A DNA stretch of 64,000 nt from Amoebidium appalachense (lineage: Eukaryota > Protista > Ichthyosporea): contig CAVNZM010000013.1 in the NCBI GenBank assembly GCA_963693365.1, positions 6,190,640 through 6,254,639 on the forward strand, written 5' to 3'. The notes under the pieces were generated by a model. It was not told the DNA's origin and did not search any database. It was given only the letters and a program-made list of their open reading frames with translations. Both the position numbers and the translations under genes were made by a program. This document shows positions 1 through 32,850 of this stretch, piece by piece. How positions within the stretch are numbered: the stretch's first letter is position 1; each line of letters starts with the position of its first letter.

Positions 1-19786
<19,786 letters not shown>

Positions 19787-19968
19787 TCAGATAAAGATGG
19801 GTTGCACAGCAGGCGCCTGATAGATGTATTGATGGGGGCAAAGGGTGCGTGCCTAATGGAAAGTTAGAAGGGTAGAGGGGGTTAACTTAGTGATTGCCTA
19901 GATGATGGTGGGGAGAAGGGGGGGGGGGGGGGGGGGGGATAGCATTGCGACACAGAGGAGGCTTTTCA

Positions 19969-20015
<47 letters not shown>

Positions 20016-20780
20016 TTAGAAATAATGTGTAGGTGTGAACGATTGAACGATGTGTGGTAGAGACTACACGTGTCGAGGCCAAGCAAACGATATTGGATAC
20101 CGAATGTAGTGGGCTGGTTGGATGTTGCAGAAGGGGTGGGCAGTCGAATAGGTTTGAATTCACCTTAGACCTGGTCGTATGAACATAGCATGCAAGGCAG
20201 TTGAATCGTTTTATTAGTTGCCCCACTCATGACGCAGGTACAGCAAGTTTATATTTACAAATTTAACACATGTATTAAGATGGATTCGGCATGTAAGACC
20301 AAGACACGTGCACGTAGTAAATGCACATCTCACATCCATAAATACTGAGAAATATAACGGGCGATTTACAGACAGCATACGAAATGAAGATGCAAAGTAT
20401 CAATTGAAATCCTTCGCCAATAAAAAATAAATTTTCCTGCTTCTGGGCAGGCCATGGCATACACGTTCATAGTCTGCTGTTGCATTTCTCATGCTCTTCC
20501 CATAAACTGTTGACATACGCACATGTGACTACTTCCTACGTCGAAGGTAAAAGCAATATACAAGGCCCCTTATTAACCACCTCCCCCTCTCCTGCCCTCC
20601 CGCCCCTCACTTTTCACTTGCCCTCCAACACGCTCCCACCATCTTTCACTCACACACTAACACAAACACACACGAGCAATGCATATGCACACTCACACTC
20701 GCACACTTACCCAACCTATCAACGATAACCTCCAACATTCTCAAACAATTGCACACACACTTACACACGCCTCCTGATAA

Positions 20781-21865
20781 TTAGTTTCCTTTTTCCATGG
20801 ATGCATATATCTCATCAAACACAGGCTTGTACAACGCCCTTACCGCCGGACGCTTTGTCTTGAACGTAGGTGTAAGTAGATCATTTTCAACACTGAACGC
20901 ATGTGGCGTGAAGTGAATCGCACGTGCCTGCTCAAACCCATACAGCCCCGCCGCCTTCCCAGCCGCATTCAACTGTTGCAAAAAGTACTTTTTGACGTCG
21001 TCGCATGCACACAGTACATCCAGGGTGGCCCCATCCGGCCCAAGGTTTTGTGCACGGCATACGGCAGGGAATGTGTCTGGGTCAGGCACACACAGGGCTA
21101 TGCATGCGGTCTGGGTGCTGTCGCCGTGGATGTAGACTTGGAGTAGACCCTTGACAGTGGAGTAGATGGTTTCGATCTGCAGGGTGGGTGGGTGGGTTGT
21201 GGGTTGGGGAGCGAGGGGGCCCCCGGGGGGGGGGGGGGATAACGTGTGTTAGTGGGTAAAGAAGGCACTGTAAGGAAACAAACATCAGTTACTGGGTCAT
21301 ATGTCTGTGTCCCACGAGGTGTAAAAGAGGTCGGTGTGTAGGTGTCAATGTGATGTGTAAGGCGAAAGAGGGGAGATGGGTCACTGTGTGTGTGACTGTG
21401 TGTGTGTGTGTGTGTGTTTACCTGCGCGCGTGCGCGCGTGGCCGTATAGGTGTATGTGTATGTTTGGGGAGGGGGGGGATTTTAAAAGGCCAAGGACTAT
21501 TGCGGTACCTGTTATGCAAATGCAGACACATGGAGCTAATTAGGTTGCTCTCTACATACACCATGCATGCTTGTGGTGGTGTTTGCCACGTGCTAAAAAG
21601 GAAAAGAAATTGTCATGCCACAGCAACTCCACTCCGCCCTGAAAAGCGTACACGCAAAAGAATTGAAAAACACAAAACGGGGCGGAAGAAGGGGATGACC
21701 CCAGGGGGGAGGGGGGGGGAAAGGGGAGGAGGGGGGTCAATGTGTTGCAGAGTACCAAGTACAAACTTAAATGGACAACACGATGCAAATTCTGCACAGC
21801 AAACACACACGTGTGTTACTCAATTTGAGCCCATCCCCCACGGGGAAGGGGGGGGGGCAGGGGAA

Positions 21866-21896
<31 letters not shown>

Positions 21897-23151
21897 GCAA
21901 TATGTGTGATTGCACTTAAATACCTTCTCTGGCACGATGTACTCCCCCTGCGCCAACTTGAACATGTGCTTGCGCCTGTCTATGATCCTCAGGGCCCCAT
22001 CCTCCGTCCACTCCCCTATGTCCCCCGTGTACAGCCAACCCCCCCTGAGCATATCGGCTGTGTTCTCTTCATCCTCAAAGTAGCCCTGAAACACGTTGGG
22101 GCCACGAATTGTCACCTCCCCACGGCCGTCTGAGGGGAAATAAAATAAGGAAATAAGGAAAAAGAAAAATGAGAGGGGGTGTGGTTGGTTCAATGAGGAA
22201 TGGTGTTGGGTGTGTCTGAGAGGGAAGAGGGGGGGGAGAGAAAGGGGGGGGGGGGGGGGGGATCTCTTTATATCTTGCATGTTGGTGTCCTCCTTTCTGT
22301 GCGTGTGAGGGGGTGGGGGGGGGGGGAGGAGGGGGGGGGGGGGGGGGGGGGGGAGGAGGGGGAGGGGGGTGGCAAACTTTCAAGCAAAGACATTGAAAAC
22401 CACCCAAAAATAAGGAAAATAATGCACGTGCAGTTGACACAAACAGAGCCCATCATCCACATGGAGGCACATGTGTCTCCGCAAAAGAACACGTTTTGGC
22501 TACCTAGCCTCTCTCTCAAATGCATCCCCATCCATTCTTTGCTTCTGAGGGGGCGGCTCGAGGCGCATCGTTCTACAACTATTTCGACCACATCGCATAC
22601 ACAACACGAACGTTACCTTAAACCAACCACCGCTCCCCCCTTAACCAACCACCGCTCCTCCCATTTAGACAAAATCGAGGTTGATCCGATCGAGGGCTCC
22701 AAATTGCCCTGGCGCCGCCTAAGAAATTATCGAACTTATCGAGCGATCGAGGAAGTGACGTCATTCTAAGGAAAAGTGTGCCCAGATGACGTCACTTCGA
22801 TCGCTTGATGAGTTCGATAATTCGTTAGGCGGCGCCAGGGCAATTTGGAGTCCTCGATCGGATCAACCTCGATTTAGTCTAAAATGGGAGGTGCGGTGGT
22901 TGTTTTACTTTATAGGTAAGCAGAAAAAGGAAGTGAGACCTTGCCCCGGGAGGAGCAGGGAGAGGGAGAGGGGGAGAGGGGGGTACGAATGCAGAACACT
23001 ACGCACAACGAAGTACAACTACATTATGAGAAACACGACGCAGGACACAGCATGCATAATCGCAAAAGTAAACAGGCAAGTACGCAACATCAGCAACGTG
23101 TACTAAGCAACATAAGCAAAGCCAATTCTTTTTTTTTTTTCCTTTTTTTTT

Positions 23152-23183
<32 letters not shown>

Positions 23184-23401
23184 TACAAATCTCACCTGCA
23201 GCTCTGAAACCCATATCGGGCACATCGACCAGCCTGATCTCATTGGCTGGCATGGGTGGGCCCACGTGGTCCACTGCCACGTCACCAGGCAGGGTCACAC
23301 AGGCCGCAGCACCATTCTCCGTCAGCCCATAGCCACTCACTACAAAGCAACCCTGGGGGGGTGGAAAGAAGGGGGGGGGGGGGTTGGTGGGGGGGGGGGG
23401 G

Positions 23402-23458
<57 letters not shown>

Positions 23459-23653
23459 GGGGGGAGAGAACGGGCCAGCGGAGGGGGGGGGGGGAGGGGA
23501 GGGGGGGGGGAGAAGGATGTATACATTAGGGGGTTGGAATTATGGAATGGAGATAGCAGAATACAAAACACACAACGTTAAAGGCTCATAAAATCTGTAA
23601 GTAACTATGGGGTGTGGTGGTAGTATGTGCTTGGGCACCCTAGGGAAGGGGGT

Positions 23654-23690
<37 letters not shown>

Positions 23691-24354
23691 GGGTTACCAT
23701 GGTGCACCGGAAGAAGTCCAACACGGGGGGGGACAGAGGGGCAGCCCCCGACACAATGCCCCTCAGTTTGCCCCCGAGAGCTGACTGGATCTTGGCAAAG
23801 ACGAGACGGTCCCAGAGGGTCTTGTTGGTAACAATGCCTGTGTGTGTATGCGTGTGTACGTGTGAGCGTATGTGTGTGTACGTGTGGGTGTGGGTGGGTG
23901 GGTGGGTGGGTGTAGGTGGGTGGGGGGTGGGTGGGTGGGTGTCCGTGTGTCTGTGTGTCCGGTGTGTGGGTCGGTCCGTGTCTATATCTCTGTGCGTGTT
24001 TGCATGGGCATGTGTATCGGTATCTGTGTGTGTGCGGGCATGAGTGCGGGAGAGTGTTTGTGCGTACCTGTGTGAATGGGTGGCCGCTGTGCAACGTGTG
24101 TGTGGACGTGAGAGGGGTGTGATGGGGGACCGAGAAGTGACCCCACTCAAACACCCAGTACATGTCGGTCGTAAGCACACTGGGTGTTCTCGTACTCTCT
24201 CTCTCTCCTTCTCCCCTTCTCTCCCTCTCTCTCCCTCACACACACACACACACTCCTCCTCTCTCTCTCTCTCTCTCTCCCTCTCCCTCTCCCTCTCCCT
24301 CTCCCTCCCCCCTCCCCCCCTCCCCCCTCCCCCCTCCCCCCTCTCCCCCCTCTC

Positions 24355-24403
<49 letters not shown>

Positions 24404-24959
24404 CTCATTCTCTCTCTCTCTCTCTTTCTCTCCTCCTCTCTCTCTCTCTCTTTGTTTTCTCTCTCTCTCCCCACTCTCGCCCTCCCCTCTCCCCTCCCCC
24501 CCTCCCCCTCCCCCCCTCCCCCTCCCCCTCCCCCTCCCCCCCCCCCCCTCCCCCTGCGCCCCTCTTTCTCTCGCGCTCTCGTACCTCTTACCTTTTCCCC
24601 TTGCCAAGTACCCTTCTCCCTTTGAACCCTCCCTCCAAGTCCTTCTCTCCGCACCCCCTTCCCTCCCCCCTCCCCCCCCCCCCCCCCCCCCCCGGAGCCC
24701 ACTTCCACATATCCGCTTATGCTAACTCACACCTACTACCAACTCCGCCCCATAACAATCCACCGGCTTGAACCATTCCCTATAGGCTGTCAAATAAACC
24801 AAAAAACGAAAAAACGAAAACAAGGCACCCACCTCTGCGCATCATGTTACGTTTCTGCTCCATTGCATAGAAAAACAGTTTGCGCTTGAGCGCTGACCCG
24901 GAGTTGATCTGGTCCATAATCTGTGTGTGTGTGTATGTTTTGTGTGTATGTGTGTGTGT

Positions 24960-25038
<79 letters not shown>

Positions 25039-25050
25039 CGTGCGTGTGTG

Positions 25051-25092
<42 letters not shown>

Positions 25093-25417
25093 GTAGGGGG
25101 GTGGGGGGTGGGGGGGGAGGGTCAGAAGGATAAGCACTGGTAGACAATTCCGTGATGGCGCTTTAAGCATGGTTTGGTGAATGGGTGGGTGTTGGGGAGG
25201 GAGCAGGGGGGGGGGGTCGTTTTTTTTTTTTTTTTTTTTTTTTTTTGTTTTTTTTGTTTTTTTTTTTTTTTTTTTTGGGGGGGGGGGGGGGCATTGGTCG
25301 GAAAAAGCGAGTTCATCGGCTTTTGCGAGAAAGTGCAGCCCCAACCTTCTTTCCCAGCAGCCCAGGCTCCTCCCTCCCCCCCCCCCCCCCCCCCCCCCCC
25401 TCCCACACACGCACATA

Positions 25418-25483
<66 letters not shown>

Positions 25484-25512
25484 ATCCTCCCCCTCCAGCC
25501 CCCCCTCCCCCC

Positions 25513-25543
<31 letters not shown>

Positions 25544-25714
25544 ACACACACACACCACACACACACACACACACCATGCCTCCCCTCCCCCCCCCCTCCC
25601 CCCCCCCCCACACACACACACACACACACACAAACACTGCCCCCCCCCCCCCCCCCCCCCACAAAAAAAAAAAAAAAAAAAAACACCCACCCACACCCAC
25701 ACCCACACGCACAT

Positions 25715-25807
<93 letters not shown>

Positions 25808-26684
25808 AGTCTGCACCTTATCATGTATCCTATTGAGCACCCTCGGGACGGAAATGAACACAGACGGCTTCAAAAGCTTCAAATCCTCCAAGACCAATCT
25901 TGTATCCCCCCTGTAGAACCCAACCCTAGCGCCAATCATGTACATAATGCTCTGGAACAGACGCTCAAAACTGTGGGCCAGAGGCAGATAGCTGAAGTGG
26001 GTGTCTTCGTTGGTGACCTCAGCCACTGCTGTGATGATCACTAGTGCACCGGCCATTGCTGAGACCATGTTCTTGTGCGTCAGCACTGCACCTGTGTTTA
26101 AAAAAGGTGCACACATATTAGATATTGGGTATTAATGTTGGTTGGTACGTGCGCCTTAAAGTTAAAATTTGGGCAATGACTTCGGCACATGTGTGGTTAT
26201 TATACGTACACAGGTACTGTTATTGACACCTTTGTGTTGAATATAGAACCCGGGTGTGAATTTGGCACATGAGTGTTTATTTTTAGAACCTGTGTGTTCA
26301 CTTTAGGCTCGTGAGTGCTGATGTTCGTGTCCGTGCGTTTTGCCGATTCTGTGTCAATCCAATGCCTGTGTGCCAACACCAACAAACACCCTCTAATATG
26401 TGCATAAATCAAATTAGCATAAACCCAAACCACCCCCCAGGCACGCACCATAAAAGGTAATAGCACACGTGCCGTAAAGGTAATAAAACACACCATGTAA
26501 GGCAATGGCATGCACCACAAAAGGCAAAAGCACATACTATAAAAGGCACGAACATGTCATAGAAGGTAGCGGCACGCACCTTTTGGTTTGCCCGTGGTGC
26601 CCGATGTGTACTGGATGGTTGCTATGGTGTCGGGGCTGGGTGGCACGTGGGGGGCAAGGTGCTGCTGCCCTAGTGCCTCAACCT

Positions 26685-26734
<50 letters not shown>

Positions 26735-26990
26735 AGAAAGATTGTACAGTGTATGTATGTGTGTGTGAGTGTGTGTTTTAAGAGGAGGTGGGGGGCAAGG
26801 CAACGATGAGGAGAGATACGATGATATGGACGTCCCAACAAGATGAACAGGATGGAGTGGCAGAAACAGAAGGGATTAAACTCACCCAACCGTATTCCGT
26901 CCTTTTAACTGTCCCCAGACATCTGGACCCAGCAAAAAAAGAAGCCAGATTAGTGTGTGTTTTTTTGCTGGTGGTGGTGTGTGTGTTGGA

Positions 26991-27031
<41 letters not shown>

Positions 27032-28254
27032 CGTGCCTCGGTAAACGAGTGCATGCCGACGTTGTGTTTTGCTGCAGCCTCTCTCTCCTGGTCAGTCACG
27101 TGACCAATCTTGACCAGGTGCCTGATGGTGGGCATCTTCGCCAGGTGGGGTAGCAGCAGCTCTAGCTTCTTGTCCTGGCACACAACAACACTGAAAAAAC
27201 AAACACCCAGTTAGAGGGATGGAAAAAAAAAAAAAAAAAAAAAAAAGAAGAAGAAGAAAAGTGGCAAAAACCCCTCCCACCTCCCCCCCCCCCCCCCTTT
27301 TTTTTTTTTTCTCCCTTTCCCCTTCTTTCCTTTCCCCCCCTCCTTACTTCCTCCCTCTCCCATCCCTCCCCCCCCCCCCCTTCCCCCCTCTACGTACACA
27401 CACACTCTCACTCAGGCACATACACACAGACATCGCCGCCACCCGGGCTACTTGCACAGATGGACAGACATGCAACTGTGACAGTTTATTCAATGAAGCT
27501 TTGGAAACCACAGCAACACCTCCACATGCCACATACTGAACCGGAAAACCACCAAAAGGAACGACGTATAAGGGGGGAGGGGGTGGTTGAAGGGGGGAGG
27601 GTAAAGGGAGGCGGGAGGCGGGAGGCGGGAGGGCGGGGGGGGGGGGGGGGGGGTTCTTTACGTGACGTTTGCCTGGTTAGCAATGTACTCGATAGCGTCA
27701 GCACCCAATGTGTCGTAGAAGGGAACCAGAATGAACGAGAAAGCATTGCAGGCCTGCTCGGCTAGCACCCACTCACTGTTGTTGCCACTGTACACACCAA
27801 TCTGAAAGGAGGGGACGGAGGGAGGGAAGCGGGGCAAACGAGTAGGGAGGGGGGGATGGGGAGGGGGGGGGGGGGGGGGGGGGGAGGGAGGGAGGCAGGG
27901 AGGCGGGGAGGGGTAGGGGGGTAATTATGGGAGGGGGGTGGGGGGTGGAAGGCGGGGGGGGGGGGGGTAGAGGGGAGAGGGTAATACGCGGGGGAGGGGG
28001 GGGGGGGGGGGATGGAGGAGGGGAGGGAGGAGCGGGGAGGGGGGGGGGGGGGGGGGGGGAGGTGGGCACTGTAAGACAGCCAGGAGTGGAACGAGCGTAA
28101 ACGAAAAGGAGTACAAGTATGGAGGGCCGGAGGGAAAGGGGGAGGGGGGCGGGAAGTAAGCAGTTGTTTCCAAGTGATTTTGGCAATCATTCCTCCCTTC
28201 TCCCTCCCCTCTCCCCCCCCCCCCCCCTTACCCCTCGCTTACCCTCCCCCCCCC

Positions 28255-28296
<42 letters not shown>

Positions 28297-29240
28297 TTCT
28301 CCCTTCCCTTTCCCCACCCTCCCTTCCCTCACACACAAACACACACGCACACACACTGCCACAGACCTGAAACTATGCAGACCATGCCGATCCAAGATTG
28401 TGCTAACCAGATCTGGATCCCGAAACATACCCCCTCCCTCCCCTCCTCAACCCCCCTTCCCCCCCACTACAACAAAGACAAAATAAGAACAATAAGATGA
28501 GAAAGAAAAGGAAGAATGCAAGAGAAATAAAATTGCTCTCTTCTGCTCCCATTTCCTTTGCCCCCGCACCTCCTCCTCTGGTCATAGATTGCATCCCTCA
28601 CACTGCCAAACCAACTTCTCCTCAGTAACACACCGAATTACACCCACCAACCCACCCACCCCTCCCCCTTCCCCTCCCCCCCCCCCCCCTACTCCCCCCG
28701 CCTACCCCCTCCCCCTCCCCACCCCCTCCCCTCCTTCCCCTCCCTGCAACCATGCATACAGCTACCATCCCCACCACCACCACCGTGTTCCAACACATAT
28801 ATACACACCACCCCCCCATCATCACCATGTCATACCTTTGCGCCCTTTTCCTGGCCCAGCTGCTTCAGTCCACTTCCAAAGTTTGTGAACCTCTCTGCAA
28901 CCTCATTGTATGTCTGCCATACGTAACCCCCCTTGTCGTTATCATACATTCCCAAGCAGGGGGAGGGTCCGGATAGCTTCAACCCATGTTGAAAATTTTC
29001 ATACAGGGTCCCCACATCATCCCTTGGCCTCTCGACTAGTTTGTCCTTGCAGATGGGGTGGTTTAGCCTTCTCACGCCCGGTTCTCCCGGCACCTCTATC
29101 GTTTGCTTGTTCAGAGGAGCAATTGGTTTTACTGGGGGTTCAGGGTCCCGCGTAAGAAGATAGGTGCCTGTTGCTATAGCAACCGTGGCAGCGGCAGCAG
29201 CTAGCTGCAGTGTGTGGGTGTGTTGATCTGTGGTGGCCAT
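20781..29240 (-). CDS. ACSL: Long-chain-fatty-acid--CoA ligase (ACSL1/5/6, LACS6/7-like), multi-exon
   Basis: Exons on the minus strand: 29240..28836 (N-terminal hydrophobic anchor, TLYENFQHG); 27801..27661 (EWVLAEQAC...VPFYDTLG); ~27191..27037; 26682..26580 ([14 protein letters not shown]-binding P-loop); ~26091..25818 ([11 protein letters not shown]); ~24920..24832; ~23837..23697 (SGAAPLS); ~23352..23196 (GYGLTE); ~22129..21924 (GWLYTGDIG...[21 protein letters not shown]); ~21177..20781 ([10 protein letters not shown], stop). Confidence 0.95.
22646..22902. mobile_element. Foldback/MITE-like palindrome (two ~120-bp arms, ~18-bp loop) in an ACSL intron
   Basis: CAACCACCGCTCCTCCCATTTAGACAAAATCGAGGTTGATCCGATCGAGG...GAAGTGACGTCAT is mirrored by ATGACGTCACTTC...CCTCGATCGGATCAACCTCGATTTAGTCTAAAATGGGAGGTGCGGTGGTTG with few mismatches. 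Confidence 0.85.
26441..26580. repeat. Degenerate ~22-bp minisatellite (GCACGCACCATAAAAGGTAATA-like, ~6 copies) abutting an ACSL splice donor
   Basis: Successive units gcacgcaccataaaaggtaata / gcacacgtgccgtaaaggtaata / aaacacaccatgtaaggcaatg / gcatgcaccacaaaaggcaaaa / gcacatactataaaaggcacga / acatgtcatagaaggtagcg. Confidence 0.65.
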
Positions 29241-29438
29241 CGTGAAAAGACTGCACACACAGTGCCCCGAAGATTCCAAAGATCCAGTCAAGAAAAAGAG
29301 GGCAAAAGAAAGGGAGGGGCGGAAAAAATATGGGTGGTTGGAAGGTGTTTACAGAAGTTCAATGTGTGGGCAAGGAAATAGACCGTGTGTGTCTGCCAAA
29401 AGTGAGGATTCAGGGGTATTCAGGGGAGTGAATTGGCA

Positions 29439-29961
29439 ATTGACCAATCTCAGATCTAAATGGGTCAAAAAATTGGACTTAGAATCTGGGCCGAAACCAT
29501 GATCCAAGTGTTGAAAGTCAGGTTAAGACCGATTTTACTTTGAGAAAAGGGTCTAGTGTTCTAAGTGAAAAGTTGGTAAATATAAAGACGCGCTAAGTTG
29601 ATATAAGTGACTAGGGGTGCCCGACGCCGCCTTCACTGTGAAAACAGGCAAAAACCCCTGGACTTGGGCGGCCCAGGCTGGTAGCGACCGAATATGCCAT
29701 GTACAGCTGCCTCTGGGCCGCTGTGACGGTGGTTTTTTCCTGTTTAGACCATGAAGAACGGGTCAGACACCATATGTTGCTTATATCAACTTAACGCGCT
29801 TTTTTCCCTACCCGCTTTTAAAATATACATACAAAGCCTGTTTTCTATTGTAGTTTTGGACTTCATGTACTTGACTTTGGACTATGACCTACATAGTAGA
29901 TCTGAGCCCAACTTTTGAGTCGCCGCCGATCAATTAAGTTATGGATCTGAAATTGGTCAAT
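29439..29961. mobile_element. Degenerate foldback/MITE (~520 bp), probably in a 5'-UTR intron of ACSL
   Basis: Terminal inverted repeats ATTGACCAATCTCAGATC / GATCTGAAATTGGTCAAT, plus nested inverted pairs GCGCTAAGTTGATATAAG / CTTATATCAACTTAACGC, AAACAGGCAAAAACC / GGTTTTTTCCTGTTT and GCGGCCCAG / CTGGGCCGC. Minus-strand donor GTAAGC at 30066 and acceptor at ~29251 bracket it. Confidence 0.8.
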
Positions 29962-30455
29962 CGGAATGGTAGCCTGCTTGTACATGACGTCACCATTTGC
30001 TTATCTTTCTAATCAAATTTAGACTACATACAGTACATATGCATCCGGCAAGGAATATTTGCTTACCATATATGGTTACATAGAAAATAGTTGGACTAGG
30101 CGTTTTCCTTTGTCAATAGCGATTGGTGCTCGCTGCATCAGTCAGCACTGGCGCTCGGCGCCGGCCGCGCGCAGTCACTTGGCCAGGCCTGGACGGTGCT
30201 CCAGGCCTCCTGTTTGTCCGTGATGTCGACGGGTCACAATGTTGAATGAGGCGGTGCACGTACGCGTCACGGTGATGGGGTGACAGATATTCTCCTTCAC
30301 TGATATCGATAGTGGCCCGAGCATGACGCGTACGGTGGCCGTGTACGCGTCACTGGTGCACGTTGCATGTAGGTGTGATTGTTTTGTTTGTTTGTTTTGT
30401 TTTGTTTTCTTTTTGAAAAGAGGAAATCATTTTTTTTTGAGGGAGAGGGGAGGAT

Positions 30456-30493
<38 letters not shown>

Positions 30494-31423
30494 TTTCAAT
30501 GATCATCAAACTGATGGAGGAAGGAAGAATACGTCCGGGCTAAAAATAGGCGTTCTGGTGGCACTGCAGAACGGTGCACGTGGTAATATCAAGGCCTTGG
30601 GTAATATATCCTCTCCCCCCCCCCCCCCTCCCCGCCCCCCCCTTCCCCCCCCCCCCCCCCCCTCCCCTCCCCCCCCCCCAATACCCACCTTTCACCACAT
30701 ACCCACACCCCATCATCAACACCACGGTGACCACGTTCACGGCCACCCACCACGTGCACCCATAATTTTTCAGGCCTCGTTCTATTCTCCATAGCCATGG
30801 GCTACTGTTATGTAGTACTACTAGTGTACATGTACATACTATATACAGTAAAGATGTTAACAGATACATGTCATATATATATCCTGGACCAGGTCAGGCA
30901 TATAGGCTGTCCGAAGGTTTTGACAACTGGTGACAGGTCGTTGGTCTGGGAGCTAAAAATAGGTACATGCCGTGGATTTGCTGACGGACAGAAGCATGCA
31001 TATGATGGAATTTTCTGGCTAACGGTGCAACATGTACGTGTCAACAGTTACTAAGGGCTGCACGAATGCGCAAAAGGTTGGTCATCCTGCATCGGAACTG
31101 GGTCACAAACTTGCTGCAAGGTGTATCAGACCTGCATCAACTAACAGTTTTTTTTCTTTTTTTTCTGGTTTTGTGTTCTTCATCTTCATTGAACCCACGG
31201 TTTCAAAAACATTGTACAGACAGAGCAGTTGCCAAGCAGTAGGCTGCAACATTAAAATTTTTGGTCAACTCTAATGCAATTGCATGTGTGTAGCTATATA
31301 TAGTCTATAGACTCACCCGTGGTGTTGTCTTCTCCTCATTGATTTGTCTTTCTTACCTTGCCCCTGGCCCTCCTCTTCCGAAAATAACCGTTGTACTTTG
31401 TGCCCGCTGCCGTATCTACAAAA

Positions 31424-32171
31424 ATGAGGCAGAGACTCGTGCACACAGTGCGTCGCGCAACACAATTCGCAAACAGGAAACCATGGTCCCTTCTCACTTC
31501 CATCTTCCTCGATTCGACCTCCCCCGGGTGGCCTTTCGTCGGTGGGGCCGTTCTCGCTTTTGGTACTGTTGGCACAGCCTGGGCAGTGGAGAAAGCTGTG
31601 CGAAAAGTCAACGAGAATAGAAACCGAAACCGAGGGAAGACTATTGTTGATGCACCCGTGGTTCCAGCGGGGGGGCAGCAGCATGTGAGTGGATGGGGGG
31701 ATTCTGGTGTTGGTGGGGGTGGTGTTTATTCGTTGCTCAGCTGGTTGAAATCAATTTTTCCTTTTCAACCCGTCACCTATGCCGCTGGCATACCCACCCT
31801 TCCAAGTTCCACCACACCTTCGACAGTAGGAAAGGGAGTGACACGGTACGATTCACAGAAAGTTCTTAAGACTCTCGTCCCCGTTGCCCAACTCAGCACA
31901 GAGAATGCACACATCACGTTTGCCCCCGAGGTGCCTCCCCCTATCACGCGCACACACCCTGCCCGGGTAGTTGTCAACATGACGGCAGAAAGATGCATGC
32001 ACACGCTGTCGGAGACGGGGGGGCAGGTGATGGAGGTGTGGACGTTTAACGGACACGTGCCTGGGCCGTTCATCCGTGCACGTGTGGGGGATGTGTTGGA
32101 TGTGACTCTTGAAAACAGGTACGGGTGTATGCGCCGTCTTGGAAACAATGTTATCACCTTTGCCTCGTTAC

Positions 32172-32207
<36 letters not shown>

Positions 32208-32502
32208 ACAAAAAAAAAAAAAAAAAGAACACCCTACCCCAACCCCACCCCAACTCTTCGCCCTTGCCTTCTCGGGTTCGGGTGACAAAGACAAAGAGCT
32301 GGGGTCGTAAATTAGTGAGAAACCTAAGTGTTTATTTTAATCATTCTCGAGCGAAAGAATCACCACAAAAATTTCGGAAGAGAAGAGGATGCTACGGTTG
32401 TGGTTTTTTGTTTGTTTGTTTGTTTGTTTGTTTTAATGTTTGTTTGTTTGTTTGTTTGTTTTACATGTTTGTTGGTTCGTTTGTTTGTTTGTTTGCTTGC
32501 TT

Positions 32503-32533
<31 letters not shown>

Positions 32534-32549
32534 GGTAGGGGGGGAGGGT

Positions 32550-32585
<36 letters not shown>

Positions 32586-32796
32586 CCGTGGTGGTTATGT
32601 CCGTGATTGAATTGTTAGTATCCCAGGCTTTCCCAAAGGTGATCTTTTTTTGGTTAATTTTATTGGGAGTCTTATCTCCATAAAATAGTTTGGTGTGTGT
32701 GTGTGTAGTAGTGTGGATGTCACTGATGCGCGCTGTTCAAATCTGCATGACTGCTTTGCAGACCTGCTCTCAGAATTTCCGAGTTTTTTTTTTTTT

Positions 32797-32850
<54 letters not shown>

